Shown piece after piece: positions 1-10,600 of a DNA stretch of 64,000 bases. Under the pieces are notes generated by a model. That model was not told the origin of the DNA. It saw nothing but the letters and a program-made list of their open reading frames with translations, and made no database searches. Position 1 is the stretch's first letter. Each line of letters opens with the position of its first letter. This stretch comes from Clostridia bacterium (lineage in GTDB: Bacteria; Bacillota; Clostridia; Christensenellales; CAG-314): NCBI GenBank assembly GCA_017500855.1, contig JAFVYC010000024.1, positions 8,330 through 72,329 of the forward strand, given 5' to 3'. The position numbers and the translations under genes are program-made.

Positions 1-60
1 TACGACACAAGAAAAATCGGAAGTGTCAAATTTTCGTTCTACCAAAGGAGTCAAGCATGA
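1..60 (+). CDS. rsmD: 3' end of probable 16S rRNA m2G966 methyltransferase (partial)
   Basis: Frame 1 reads YDTRKIGSVKFSFYQRSQA*; its stop overlaps the coaD ATG (ATGA); rsmD-coaD synteny. Confidence 0.6.
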   Translation, partial: YDTRKIGSVKFSFYQRSQA

Positions 61-530
61 AAACAGGCGTTTTTGCAGGTTCTTTTTGCCCTGTAACAGT
101 TGGGCACGTTGATGCAATAGAAAGGGCATCCAAACTTTGCGACAAGTTGTACGTTGTTGTGGGTGTTAACGGTGCCAAAAAGTACGCAATTCCCGACGAA
201 ATGCGTTTGGAAACCGTGCGATTGGCAACAAGCCACATTTCCAACGTGGAAGTTGTGCTTCATCAAGGAATGATGACGGATTTTTGCAAGTCCGTTGGCG
301 CAACTGTCATGGTAAAATCAATTCGCAACAGCACCGATTTGCAAGAAGTCATCAATTTGACGGATGCAAACCGAGACTACTGGGATGGCGAAACTGTTTT
401 TGTGTTGGGTGACAGCAAATTCAGGCACGTTTCTAGTTCTCTTGTTAGGGAACTTTGCAGTTTGAAGCAAGACGTTTCCAAGTACGTTCCCGCAAATTGT
501 TTGCCCATTGTAGAAAGATTTTTGAAGTAG
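57..530 (+). CDS. coaD: Pantetheine-phosphate adenylyltransferase
   Basis: FAGSFCPVTVGH (HxGH-like) and VSSSLVRE motifs, 157 aa. Confidence 0.93.
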   Translation: MKTGVFAGSFCPVTVGHVDAIERASKLCDKLYVVVGVNGAKKYAIPDEMRLETVRLATSHISNVEVVLHQGMMTDFCKSVGATVMVKSIRNSTDLQEVINLTDANRDYWDGETVFVLGDSKFRHVSSSLVRELCSLKQDVSKYVPANCLPIVERFLK

Positions 531-537
531 GAAAAAT

Positions 538-1515
538 ATGTTTACTGTACAAAAGACGTTGCCTTCGGCACAAAGTGTCAAAAGCGCAATGCCACTAGAT
601 TCAAAACTTAAACAAAGAAAACTGCAATTCGACGAGCAGTTGAAGCAAAATTTTTGCTCCAAACAAAAGTTTGTTGCCGTTGTTGGGCCTTGTTCGGCAG
701 ACAACGTCGACGCCGTGACGGAGTATGCGCAAAAACTCAAAGTCGAAGCAAGCAAGTACCCAAATTTGTTGGTGGTGCTTCGTGTGTACACGGCAAAGCC
801 ACATTCCAACGGCGAGGGCTACAAGGGGCTGTGCTTCCACCAAAAACTTGCCGATTCCGTCGACCTTGAACAAGGCATTTTGCAATGTCGCAAGTTGATG
901 ATCAATTGTTTGGAAATTGGTTTGCCCGTTGCCGACGAGTTGTTGTACCCCGAACTGTACCAATACTTCGACGATTTGGTAAGCTACTGGTTTGTTGGCG
1001 CACGCAGTTCCGACGACAATTTGCACCGAGAATTTGCATCGGGGTTGGATTTGTGTTGTGGTGTGAAAAACAACAGTTCCGGAGCCGTTGACCAACTTGT
1101 CAAATCGGTGTACGCAACTTCCTTGCCATCGCATTTTCCATTCTTGGGCAAGCAAATTGCCACAAACGGAAACAAGTTTTCCCACGTGGTGTTGCGTGGT
1201 GGGCTTGGTGAAGAAGGCTTTTTCCAAAACATTTCCGAACAGCAACTTGAACGCACAAAGCAATTGCTTGAGCAAAACAATTTGAGCAACTTTGTGATGG
1301 TGGACTTGAGTCACGCAAACAGCGGAAAGGTTGCAATTCGCCAATTGGAAAACGCAAAACGGTGTGTTTCCAACGGTTTGGTGGATGGCATCATGGCGGA
1401 AAGTTACCTGTTCGAAGGTACACACGCCGATTGCTACGGCGTTTCCAAAACCGACGATTGCTTGAACTTTGAAAACACAAAATTGCTTTTGCAAATTTTG
1501 GCTGAAAATGGCTAG
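538..1515 (+). CDS. aroF: Class I DAHP synthase (AroF/G-type), divergent
   Basis: GPCS, RVYTAKP, GARS, DLSHANS, MAES and YGVSKTDDC motifs. Confidence 0.85.
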   Translation: MFTVQKTLPSAQSVKSAMPLDSKLKQRKLQFDEQLKQNFCSKQKFVAVVGPCSADNVDAVTEYAQKLKVEASKYPNLLVVLRVYTAKPHSNGEGYKGLCFHQKLADSVDLEQGILQCRKLMINCLEIGLPVADELLYPELYQYFDDLVSYWFVGARSSDDNLHREFASGLDLCCGVKNNSSGAVDQLVKSVYATSLPSHFPFLGKQIATNGNKFSHVVLRGGLGEEGFFQNISEQQLERTKQLLEQNNLSNFVMVDLSHANSGKVAIRQLENAKRCVSNGLVDGIMAESYLFEGTHADCYGVSKTDDCLNFENTKLLLQILAENG

Positions 1516-1516
1516 A

Positions 1517-1566
1517 AAAAACAGAGCAAATGCGCAAGATTTTGGTCTTGCGTGTTTGCTCTTTTT
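1517..1566. terminator. Bidirectional intrinsic terminator between aroF and ylbJ
   Basis: agagcaaatgcgcaaga...tcttgcgtgtttgctct stem flanked by A and T runs. Confidence 0.7.
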
Positions 1567-1627
1567 GTTACCTTGTTTGTTGGAATTATAGCAAGTGAGA
1601 TACTCACAAAATGTTTTCGTGGTTGAA

Positions 1628-2518
1628 TTAAAGAAAAATAAGTGCCAAAACAAAGCAAAAAAGGGTGGCAAATGCGCTTTGTGTGGCTTTGATTTTTGTC
1701 ATTTCCCAAAGCGAAACTTTGCATTTGCACAAAAATGCGTAACTTTGCAAAAGCACGCACAACCCACCGAAGGAAACGATTGCGCACACCAAAACTGTGG
1801 AAACAAACACGTCGTTGTTTTGGCAAATGGCAATGGCGCCGTTGGTCATTTCGCACAAGCCCACGGCAAAGCGGAAAAAGTTGTTTTGCGTTAGCGCCGT
1901 TGGCAACAAATCTGTAGCAATGGATGTCAGCATAAAAAACAACGCCACAAGCGAGCCAACTGATAGCATGGACAAAACGGTGTTTGTCAAACTTTGGGAA
2001 AAGTCTTGTTGAAGGTTGAAATTGCAAGTGAGTTTTGTGGTTTTGTCGTTGCGGTGGAGTAGTCCGTTTGCCACTACGGACAAAACGTGGCTTGCAACAA
2101 GCACAATTGTTGCAGTGCTGTTGCGCAAAAGATTTGCCCCAATCGTCACAATCAAAAACACAGGGCTTGCGCTTGAACAAAAGGAAAAAAGTTTCAATGC
2201 AAGACGTTTGTCGGTGGTGTGTTGGCTGACTAGTTTTGCCCCAACCGGGTAGCCACAAAGCAGGTTCAGCACAAACAGTTGCGTGCCGTTTTGTGTGTTG
2301 AAAAGTTTGCCAAAAAGCCCACGTTTCTTTGGTGTTTTTTGACTGTTGGTAAGCAATGCCCCAAGCAAAGAAAACGGAAAAAGCGCAGGCAAAACGTTGT
2401 GCGCCCACACTGCAAGTCCATCGAAAAAGCATTGCATGTACCTTGTTGGATTGGCAAAAAATGCCACGACAACAATTGCCACAGCGCCAACGCCAAGGTT
2501 CTTCCAAAGTTTGTTCAT
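1628..2518 (-). CDS. ylbJ: Sporulation integral membrane protein YlbJ
   Basis: VLPALFPF, LCGYPVGAK, GLCEMTNG and FGGLCVLLQ motifs; coaD/ylbM neighbourhood; start set at MNKLWK. Confidence 0.85.
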   Translation of the reverse strand: MNKLWKNLGVGAVAIVVVAFFANPTRYMQCFFDGLAVWAHNVLPALFPFSLLGALLTNSQKTPKKRGLFGKLFNTQNGTQLFVLNLLCGYPVGAKLVSQHTTDKRLALKLFSFCSSASPVFLIVTIGANLLRNSTATIVLVASHVLSVVANGLLHRNDKTTKLTCNFNLQQDFSQSLTNTVLSMLSVGSLVALFFMLTSIATDLLPTALTQNNFFRFAVGLCEMTNGAIAICQNNDVFVSTVLVCAIVSFGGLCVLLQSYAFLCKCKVSLWEMTKIKATQSAFATLFCFVLALIFL

Positions 2519-2604
2519 GGTGTAGTTTATTGAAAAATCACAGTCAAAATGCCAAAAATATAGATGTATGGCAGACATAGTAGTCCAAAAAATGGCAAAA
2601 ATAG

Positions 2605-2632
2605 AAGCAGGGAAGGCAATTCCCTGCTTTTT
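2605..2632 (-). terminator. Terminator hairpin downstream of tmcAL
   Basis: aagcagggaa-ggcaa-ttccctgctt inverted repeat. Confidence 0.6.
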
Positions 2633-3700
2633 TCAGTTCAAAACTTGCATTTTGGTGGGGCTTGGCTTTCCACCAAGAGATTGGTAGAAAATGTCGGCAC
2701 GCTTGGTGACGTCGTCCAACCCTTGGTTGACTTTTTGCAACAAGTGCCCAAATCCGTTGCGCATTGCAAGCACGCTGATTTGTGGCGTTTCCGTTTTGGC
2801 AGTTTCAACAGTTTGCTTTGTCACGTCCAAAATGCTTGCCAAAACAACTCGTTGCAGTTTTGCCATGGTGTAGCGCTTCGTTTTGATTTCCGCCATCATT
2901 TGGTCAAAACCGTTTTGTTTGTTGCAAGCAAAAATTCGGTTGTGCAGTCCTTCCGTTGCGCCTTCAATTTGTTCAAGTTGCGCTTTTGTTTTGAGGGACA
3001 AAACGTGTGGCGCAACAGCCTTGTACTTTTGCTCAATGCCGTCGTCTACGTCGCAAGCAACAAAGTCGAAGGAAAACTTTTGTAGCAATTTGCCGTTGCT
3101 TCGCAAAGCCGACGAACTTGCAAATTCTTGTGGTTGACCGTGGAAGTTGTCTTCCCTTTGCAAAGTTTTTGGCGTGATGTTTTCGCCAAGCGTTTTGATT
3201 GCCTTGATGTACTCCACGGCAAGCGTGTTGTTTGGGCTTTGCAAAACGTCGCAATCCGTTGCCTTTGCAACTGCAGTGGGGTAGGACATTCCCGTTGCAA
3301 CAAGTTGCCTGATTTTGTCGTTGGTTTGTTGTTGTTCAAGCAAATTTGCGCATTGTTCAAGTTGTTCCGTGCTTCCACATTCGCTTCCAAACACAAGGTA
3401 GTTTGCGCCAAGTTGTTTGGCAATGGCAACGCCACCCAACGCAAAGTTTTCTGCCGAGGACGTTGCAAAAACCGTTGGTAACTCCAACACAAGGTCGGCG
3501 CCAGCCAAAATTGCGTGGCGAGCACGGCTGTGTTTGTCGCAACAGGCAGGCATTCCCCTTTGGGTAAAGTTGCCACTCATGATGCACACAACGGCGTCGG
3601 AAATGGACTTGGCGTAGTCTATTAGTCTTTTGTGACCACTGTGAAGTGGATTGAATTCGCAAATAATTGCAGAAACAGTAAAATTATTTTTAGTTGACAT
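2633..3700 (-). CDS. tmcAL: tRNA(Met) cytidine acetate ligase (YlbM)
   Basis: ICEFNPLHSGH, MSGNFTQRG, PNNTLAVEY and KTKRYT motifs. Confidence 0.9.
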   Translation of the reverse strand: MSTKNNFTVSAIICEFNPLHSGHKRLIDYAKSISDAVVCIMSGNFTQRGMPACCDKHSRARHAILAGADLVLELPTVFATSSAENFALGGVAIAKQLGANYLVFGSECGSTEQLEQCANLLEQQQTNDKIRQLVATGMSYPTAVAKATDCDVLQSPNNTLAVEYIKAIKTLGENITPKTLQREDNFHGQPQEFASSSALRSNGKLLQKFSFDFVACDVDDGIEQKYKAVAPHVLSLKTKAQLEQIEGATEGLHNRIFACNKQNGFDQMMAEIKTKRYTMAKLQRVVLASILDVTKQTVETAKTETPQISVLAMRNGFGHLLQKVNQGLDDVTKRADIFYQSLGGKPSPTKMQVLN

Positions 3701-3707
3701 TGTTCAC

Positions 3708-3736
3708 TTTACAGCCTTCGAAGGTTGTGGTATAAT
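3708..3736 (+). promoter_or_regulatory. SigA-type promoter of pta-ackA
   Basis: TTTACA-17-TATAAT with extended TG. Confidence 0.65.
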
Positions 3737-3856
3737 ATAGTGGTAGAAGTATGGTGTGTATTTCAAAAATATAACAATCCCATTGAGTTGTTGCCATTTT
3801 AGACTATTATACACCAAAATCTCAGATAAATAAAGTGTTTTCCCAAGGAGATCGTT

Positions 3857-4852
3857 ATGAAAATTTTGCAAGAAATCAAACAAAAGGCATCTCAACTCAA
3901 CAAAACCATTGTTCTTTGCGAAGGCGAAGACAGCCGTGTTGTAAAAGCCGCAGCCGACACAGTAAAGGAAGGCGTTGCAAAAATCGTTTTGTTGGGCGAC
4001 GAAGCGCAAATCAAACTTGACAACCCCGACATCGACCTTTCCGGCGTTACAATCGTCAACCCATTGACAAGTGACAAGCGTGAAGCGTACATCCAAAAAT
4101 TGTGCGAAATCCGTGCTTCCAAGGGCATGACTGTTGAACAAGCAAGCCAACTTTTGAACGACGGCACCTACTTTGGAGCAATGATGCTCAAAATGGGCGA
4201 CGTAGACGGACTTGTTTCCGGCGCTTGCCATTCCACAGCAAACACATTGCGCCCAGGCCTTCAAATCATCAAAACGGCTCCCGGTTGTTCGGCTGTTTCC
4301 AGCTTCAACTTGATGATTTGCCCTCCACAAGGCAACCAATACTGCCCCGATGGACTTGTGGTTTTTGCCGACTGCGGTCTCAACCCAACCTACACAAGCG
4401 AAGGTTTGGCAGATTGCGCAATTGCAACTGCAAAATCCGCACAAAGTATTGCCGGCATCGATCCAAAAGTTGCAATGCTTTCCTTCTCGTCAAAGGGCAG
4501 TGCAAAGCACGACAACGTTACTTTGGTTGCAGAAGCAACTCGCATTGCCAAGGAAAAGGCTCCCGACATCAAGTTGGATGGCGAATTGCAATTTGACGCA
4601 GCAATTGTTCCTTCCGTTGGCGAAATGAAGGCAAAGGGAAGCCCCGTTGCAGGCCACGCAAACGTGTTCATCTTCCCCGACTTGCAATCCGGCAACATTG
4701 GCTACAAAATTGCAGAACGCCTTGGTGGCTTCATGGCTGTTGGCCCAATTTGCCAAGGTTTTGCAAAACCATTGAACGATCTTTCCCGTGGTTGCAAGGC
4801 AGAAGACATTGTTGCTGCTGTTGCCATCACAGTTCTTCAAACACAACTATAA
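3857..4852 (+). CDS. pta: Phosphate acetyltransferase
   Basis: EGEDSR, LSFSSKGSA, DGELQFDAA, GNIGYK and NDLSRGC motifs. Confidence 0.96.
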   Translation: MKILQEIKQKASQLNKTIVLCEGEDSRVVKAAADTVKEGVAKIVLLGDEAQIKLDNPDIDLSGVTIVNPLTSDKREAYIQKLCEIRASKGMTVEQASQLLNDGTYFGAMMLKMGDVDGLVSGACHSTANTLRPGLQIIKTAPGCSAVSSFNLMICPPQGNQYCPDGLVVFADCGLNPTYTSEGLADCAIATAKSAQSIAGIDPKVAMLSFSSKGSAKHDNVTLVAEATRIAKEKAPDIKLDGELQFDAAIVPSVGEMKAKGSPVAGHANVFIFPDLQSGNIGYKIAERLGGFMAVGPICQGFAKPLNDLSRGCKAEDIVAAVAITVLQTQL

Positions 4853-4864
4853 TTGGAGGAAACT

Positions 4865-6067
4865 ATGAAAATATTGGTTATCAATTCCGGCAGTTCATCG
4901 TTGAAATACCAACTCATTGACATGGAAACAGAAAGCGTTGTTGCAAAAGGTCTTTGCGAACGCATTGGCATTGCCAACTCCAACTTCATCTACAAAGCTC
5001 GTGGCGTTGTTGTTGAACAACAAATTGACATGCCCAACCACAACGTTGCAGTAAAACTTGTTTTGGACAAGTTGATGGACAAGGAAGTTGGTGTCATTTC
5101 CTCCATGAAGGAAATTGACGGTGTTGGCCACAGAGTTGTGGCTTCCGGCGAAGCATTCAAAGAGCCAACTCTTGTGACAGAGCAAGCAATGGTGCTTATG
5201 GAAGAAATCAAGGACCTTGCGCCTTTGCACAATCCCGCAGCAATTGTTGGTGTTAACGCTTGCCTTGCGCAAATGCCCGAAACACCAATGGTTTTGGTGT
5301 TCGACACAGGCTTCCACTTCACAATGCCTGACCATGCGTACATGTATGCTGTGGACTACAACCACTACGAAAAGTACAAAATCCGTCGCTACGGCGCACA
5401 CGGCACAAGCCACCAATTTGTTGCTCAAGAATGCGCAAAGCACCTTGGCAAGGACATCAAGGATTTGAAAATTATCACTTGCCACCTTGGTAACGGCTCG
5501 TCCATTTCCGCAGTAGACGGTGGCGTGTGCATCGACACATCCATGGGCTTCACACCTTTGGCAGGTGTTCCAATGGGAACAAGAAGTGGCGACATCGACT
5601 ACGCCGCTGCAGAGTACATTGCAAAGAAGGAAGGCATGGACGTTTCCCAAATGCTTACCTACCTCAACAAAAAGAGTGGTATGCTTGGTGTTTCCGGTGT
5701 TTCCAGCGACTTCAGAGATTTGGGCAAAGCAGCGCAAGAAGGCAACTACCGTGCAAAACTTGCTTTGGAAATGTTCTGCTATGCTTGCAAAAAGTACATT
5801 GGTAGCTACACGGCAGCGCTCAACGGCGTTGATGCAATTGTGTTCACAGCAGGTGTTGGCGAAAACGACGAGTACGTTCGTGCAAACACATTGAAGAACA
5901 TGGATTTCTTCGGCATCAAACTTGACCAACACAAGAACGACACTTGCCCACGTGGAACAATTGCCGAAATCCAAGCAGACGATTCCAAGGTGAAAATCAT
6001 CGTTATCCCCACCAACGAAGAACTTGCAATTGCTCGTGAAACAAAGAGAGTTGCAAAGTTGGTGTAA
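4865..6067 (+). CDS. ackA: Acetate kinase
   Basis: INSGSSSLK, GHRVV, APLHN, HLGNG and PTNEE motifs; GGAGG SD. Confidence 0.97.
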   Translation: MKILVINSGSSSLKYQLIDMETESVVAKGLCERIGIANSNFIYKARGVVVEQQIDMPNHNVAVKLVLDKLMDKEVGVISSMKEIDGVGHRVVASGEAFKEPTLVTEQAMVLMEEIKDLAPLHNPAAIVGVNACLAQMPETPMVLVFDTGFHFTMPDHAYMYAVDYNHYEKYKIRRYGAHGTSHQFVAQECAKHLGKDIKDLKIITCHLGNGSSISAVDGGVCIDTSMGFTPLAGVPMGTRSGDIDYAAAEYIAKKEGMDVSQMLTYLNKKSGMLGVSGVSSDFRDLGKAAQEGNYRAKLALEMFCYACKKYIGSYTAALNGVDAIVFTAGVGENDEYVRANTLKNMDFFGIKLDQHKNDTCPRGTIAEIQADDSKVKIIVIPTNEELAIARETKRVAKLV

Positions 6068-6071
6068 ACTG

Positions 6072-6100
6072 TTGACAAATCCTGCGTAACTTTGTATAAT
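6072..6100 (+). promoter_or_regulatory. Consensus SigA promoter of yceD-rpmF
   Basis: TTGACA-17-TATAAT. Confidence 0.85.
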
Positions 6101-6101
6101 A

Positions 6102-6605
6102 ATGAGCGTGTCTAGAAAAATTATTATCGATTTGACGGAAAGTATGGCAAAAGTTGACGTTCCCGTGCAATTTCAGGGGGAATTTCAATTGGATGCCGAC
6201 TTGCTTCAATATCCAAACGCAAAACTTGAAAAAATTTTGGTAGATTTCGACGTAACTTTCGAAAACCCAATTGTTTTTGTGGAAGGAGAAATAACTTGCG
6301 TTGTCAGTGGCTTGTGCGACAGATGCTTGCAACAAATCACACACAAACAATTTGTTTTGCCTTTCCAACAAGAATTTTTCAAAGATTTTGCCGATGATGA
6401 TTCGTATGTCTACTGCGACAGCAAGTTGGACGCAACAAAAGCAGTGCAAGACGAAATTGTGTTGTCTATGCCAACAAACCTACTGTGCAAGGAAGGTTGC
6501 AAGGGTTTGTGCCCCAAGTGTGGTGCAGACTTGAACACTCAACAGTGCAGTTGTGACACGGCAAAACCCAACGCTTTTTCCGTACTAAAAAACCTAAAAC
6601 TATAA
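6102..6605 (+). CDS. yceD: DUF177/YceD family protein (start may be GTG 6108)
   Basis: CDRCL and CKEGCKGLCPKCGADLN motifs; directly upstream of rpmF. Confidence 0.9.
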   Translation: MSVSRKIIIDLTESMAKVDVPVQFQGEFQLDADLLQYPNAKLEKILVDFDVTFENPIVFVEGEITCVVSGLCDRCLQQITHKQFVLPFQQEFFKDFADDDSYVYCDSKLDATKAVQDEIVLSMPTNLLCKEGCKGLCPKCGADLNTQQCSCDTAKPNAFSVLKNLKL

Positions 6606-6620
6606 CGGAGGTGCAATACA

Positions 6621-6809
6621 ATGGCAGTACCCAAGAGAAAAACTTCTAAACAAAGAAAACACACTAGAGCAGCTAACTGGACAGCAACAGCTGCAACTTT
6701 GGTGGAATGTCCTCAATGCCATGAACTCAAGGTTGCTCACAAAGTGTGCGACGCTTGCGGTTTCTACGATGGCAAGCAAGTTGTAGAAATTTCAGCTGAC
6801 AAGAAATAA
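6621..6809 (+). CDS. rpmF: 50S ribosomal protein L32
   Basis: MAVPKRKTSK, CPQC and CDACGFYDG. Confidence 0.97.
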   Translation: MAVPKRKTSKQRKHTRAANWTATAATLVECPQCHELKVAHKVCDACGFYDGKQVVEISADKK

Positions 6810-6840
6810 GGTAGCACAAACTACTGTTGTTTTGCGATTC

Positions 6841-6869
6841 AGCCACTAATCCACAGGGTTAGTGGCTTT
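6841..6869 (+). terminator. Terminator after rpmF
   Basis: agccactaat-ccacag-ggttagtggct followed by Ts. Confidence 0.65.
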
Positions 6870-6926
6870 CTTGCGTGAAACATGACATTTTTCCGTGAAA
6901 CAATGCAAGCAATTGAGTTTATTCAA

Positions 6927-6955
6927 TTGCTTTTATTGTTTATTTGTGGTATTAT
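6927..6955 (+). promoter_or_regulatory. SigA-type promoter of rnc-smc-ftsY
   Basis: TTGCTT-17-TATTAT with extended TG. Confidence 0.55.
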
Positions 6956-6995
6956 ATTATATAGCGTGAAAATTGCGCTGTTTGGAGGTGACAAC

Positions 6996-7673
6996 ATGGC
7001 TTTGGATTACCAACAAATTCAGCAAAAACTCAACTACAACTTTGCAAATCTAGACTTGCTTGAACAAGCCTTCGTTCACTCGTCCTACGCCAACGAGCGT
7101 GGTGTTGGGGACAACGAACGAATGGAGTTTTTGGGCGATGCAATTTTGGAGTACATTGTGTCGGAGTACATCTACAACAAGTATCCCAACTACGACGCAG
7201 GGGAACTTTCCAAATTGCGTTCAAAAATTGTTTCTGCCGACGGTTTGCGCCCGGTAGTTCAGCAGTTGGACATCATGCAGTATCTTCTTTTGTCTACTTC
7301 GGCAAAAAAAGGCGCAAAACAGTCGCACAAAATGGAAGCAAACTTGTACGAAGCAATTTTGTGCGCCATCTACATTGATGGTGGAATGGCAAGCGCAAAA
7401 GACTTTGTCTTGCAAACGTTGAAACCGCTTATGGACCAATTGCAACAGTTGCCACAAAAAGACGCAAAAACAATGCTTCAAGAGTACTGTCAGGCAAGGC
7501 GTTTTTCCCTTCAGTACAAAATTGTTGGAAAGGATGGTCCGGACAACAAGCCTGTGTTCACGTGCGAACTGTACGTCAACGGAAGAATGGAATTTATCGG
7601 CGTTGGCTCTAGCAAAAAAGGCGCAGAGCAGGATGCTGCAAACAAACTAGTAAAAAAATGGAGAATCAGTTAG
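6996..7673 (+). CDS. rnc: Ribonuclease III
   Basis: NERMEFLGDA signature and C-terminal dsRBD; GGAGG SD before ATG 6996. Confidence 0.96.
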   Translation: MALDYQQIQQKLNYNFANLDLLEQAFVHSSYANERGVGDNERMEFLGDAILEYIVSEYIYNKYPNYDAGELSKLRSKIVSADGLRPVVQQLDIMQYLLLSTSAKKGAKQSHKMEANLYEAILCAIYIDGGMASAKDFVLQTLKPLMDQLQQLPQKDAKTMLQEYCQARRFSLQYKIVGKDGPDNKPVFTCELYVNGRMEFIGVGSSKKGAEQDAANKLVKKWRIS

Positions 7674-10600
7674 GTGCTTTATCTCAAAAAAATCGAAATG
7701 TACGGCTTCAAAAGTTTTGCCGACAAAATAGAATTGCGTTTTGACCAACCAATCACAGGTATTGTTGGTCCTAACGGCTGTGGAAAAAGCAACGTTTCCG
7801 ACGCTATCCGTTGGGTTTTGGGTGAACAAAGCACCAAAACACTTCGTGGTAAAGTCATGCAGGACTTGATTTTTGGAGGTACCGACAGCCGAAAATCTAT
7901 GAGCTACTGCGAAGTTTCGTTGTTTTTGGACAACACAACAAGGCTTTTCCCCATTCAAATGGACGAAATCATCATCAGCCGTAAGTTGTACCGCAACAAC
8001 GAAAGCGAGTACTCGTTGAACCGCAACGTTGTCAGACTGCGTGACATCCAAGAAATGCTTCGTGGTGTGGGACTTGGCAAGGAAGGCTACAGCATCGTTG
8101 GGCAAGGCCGTATGGACGCCGTGCTCAACGCTCGCCCTGAAGATCGCCGTGCTATCTTTGAAGAAGCGCTTGGCATTTCTTCCTTCCGTCAAAAGAAAAA
8201 GGAAACGGAACACCGTTTGGACAAGACCCGTGGCAACATGGAAAACCTTCTTGTTGTTTTGGACGAATTGAAGCGCCAAATTGATCCCTTGAAGCGCCAA
8301 TCCACAGTTGCAAGAAAGTACATGGATTTGTACCAAGAATTGCGCTTGAAGGAAATCAACGCCTACATCTACGGCTACGACAATGCCAGCCAAGACAAGG
8401 AAAATTGCCGTGCCAAAATTCAAGGCTTGCAAGAAGAAATTGCCCACAAGGAAAGACTTTTTGCCGAACTCAACGACAAGTACGACCAACTTTTCAACCG
8501 TCGCAACAGCATCGACATGGAAGTCAAGCAACTGCGTGAGCAACAACTTGACCTTGCCGTTAGCGTGCAAAAGAAGGAAGGTCAACAAAATCTTGCTCAA
8601 GAACGCATAAACAACTGCCAAAAGGACATCGAGGACACTCACGCACTCATTGCACAGTACCAAAAGGAAATGCAAGAAGTTGCCGAGAACCTTGAAAAAA
8701 CACAACATTTGCTTGCAAAAAGAAGGCAAGAAAAGGCTGATTTGGAGCAAGAAATTGCGCAAATCAACAAGCAATTCGGCGCAGTTTCCACAAGGGCGGA
8801 AGGCGTTTCTTCCCAACTTGCCAACTTCGAACAAAAGTTGGAACAAATTGTTGCGGAAATTTCCAAGTGCAACACGGCAATTGCCAGTTGCGAAGCGGAA
8901 AAATCCACTTTGGAATCTCGCCTTGTGGAAATCAACGAAAGGTCGCAACAACTTTCCATCAAATTGCAGGAATCCGCAGGGGAAGAAGGCGACTTGATTG
9001 GCAAGTACGAACAATTGCTAAAAGACAAGGAAAACGTGGAAAAAGCCATTGCTTCCTTGAAGCCACAAATCAAAAAGTTGGAAGGCATGCAATTCGATTT
9101 GAACAGAGAATTGCAACACAAACAACAAGAGTACGCAAGTGTTAAAGGTGGCGTAGACTTGTTGATGGACTTTGCCAAAAACTACAAGGGCTACCAAGAC
9201 AGCGTCAAGAACTTGATGCAAGATGCATTGCACGACCAAGAACTGGCATCGCACATTTGTGGTGTAGTTGCCAACCTCATCAAGGTTGAGCCACGCTACC
9301 AACAAGCAATTGAAGTTGCCCTTGGCGCAAGATTGCAAAGCATCGTGACGGAAACGGAAGAAGATTCCAAGTACCTCATTCAACATTTGAAAAACAACAA
9401 GTACGGCCGTGCAACCTTCTTGCCGGTAAGTTCCATGAAGCCACACGGAATTGACCATCCGGAAGTTTTGAAGGAACAAGGCGTGCTTGGAATTGCTTGC
9501 GACCTTGTTTCTTTCGACAGTCACTACAATTCCGTTTTCAAATCCATTTTGGGTGGTATCGTTGTTGTGGACACCTACGACAATGCAATTGCCATCAGCC
9601 GTAAGTATCGCTACTCCCACCGTATGGTAACTTTGACGGGGGAACGCATTGCAAACGACGGTTCTTTGGAAGGTGGTAGCAGTAGGTTCCATTCCAGCAA
9701 CTTGCTGAGCTACGACACACAAATTTCCCAAAAACAACAATTGTTGCAACAAATCAAAGAGTTGCTTTTGCAAGCCGAACAAAACAAGGCAAATTGCGAC
9801 AAGCAACTTGCTGAACTTCGCCAACAAGGCGCAAGTTTGGCAGATCAACTTGCTCAATTGAACATTGACATTGCAACATTCCGTGAAAAAATTGAAACGT
9901 CCAACACCTTGAACAATTCCGACAAGCAAAGCATTCTTGGCTTGACTTCGGAAAAGGAAAAGATTTCCGACCGTTTGGCTTTGTTGGATGCAGGCTACAC
10001 AAAGGCCAGCGCAAGGTTGGAAGAATTGCAAAATGCCGAAGCAAAACTTCGCCAAAGATTGCGCACAACCAAGGACACTTTGCAAGCGGAAATGACGTCC
10101 AAAGATGGAATTTTTGCATCCTTGAACGAAAAACGCTACCGTTTGGCAATTTTGGAAAACAACATTTCCGCATCGGAAAAGGAAATTGCCCAAGGCGACA
10201 TTCGCATCGTCAACTTGCAACGCCTTGTCAAGGACAAGGAAGAACACATTGTTCAAATGCAAAAAGCGCTTGATCAATTGTACGAAATCTTCAACGAAAG
10301 TTTGGAAAACGAAGAGTTGCAACAACAAATGGAAGAACTTTCCCAAAAGATCAACTCTGCCGACCAATTGAAGGTGCAACTTGACCAAGAATTCCAAATG
10401 ACAGGCGAACGCCGTATGGAATTGAACGGCGAATTGGAAAACTTGCGTGGTTCCGTGGAAAAGGAAGAGTACGTTCTTTCCCGCATCGACCAAGATTTGT
10501 TGGAATTGCAACAACGTGTTTTGGACGAGTACGGTGTGACCTACTCCGCAGCAATGCAGTTCAAGGACGAAAACTACAACAAGGAAGAAGGCAAAGTTCG

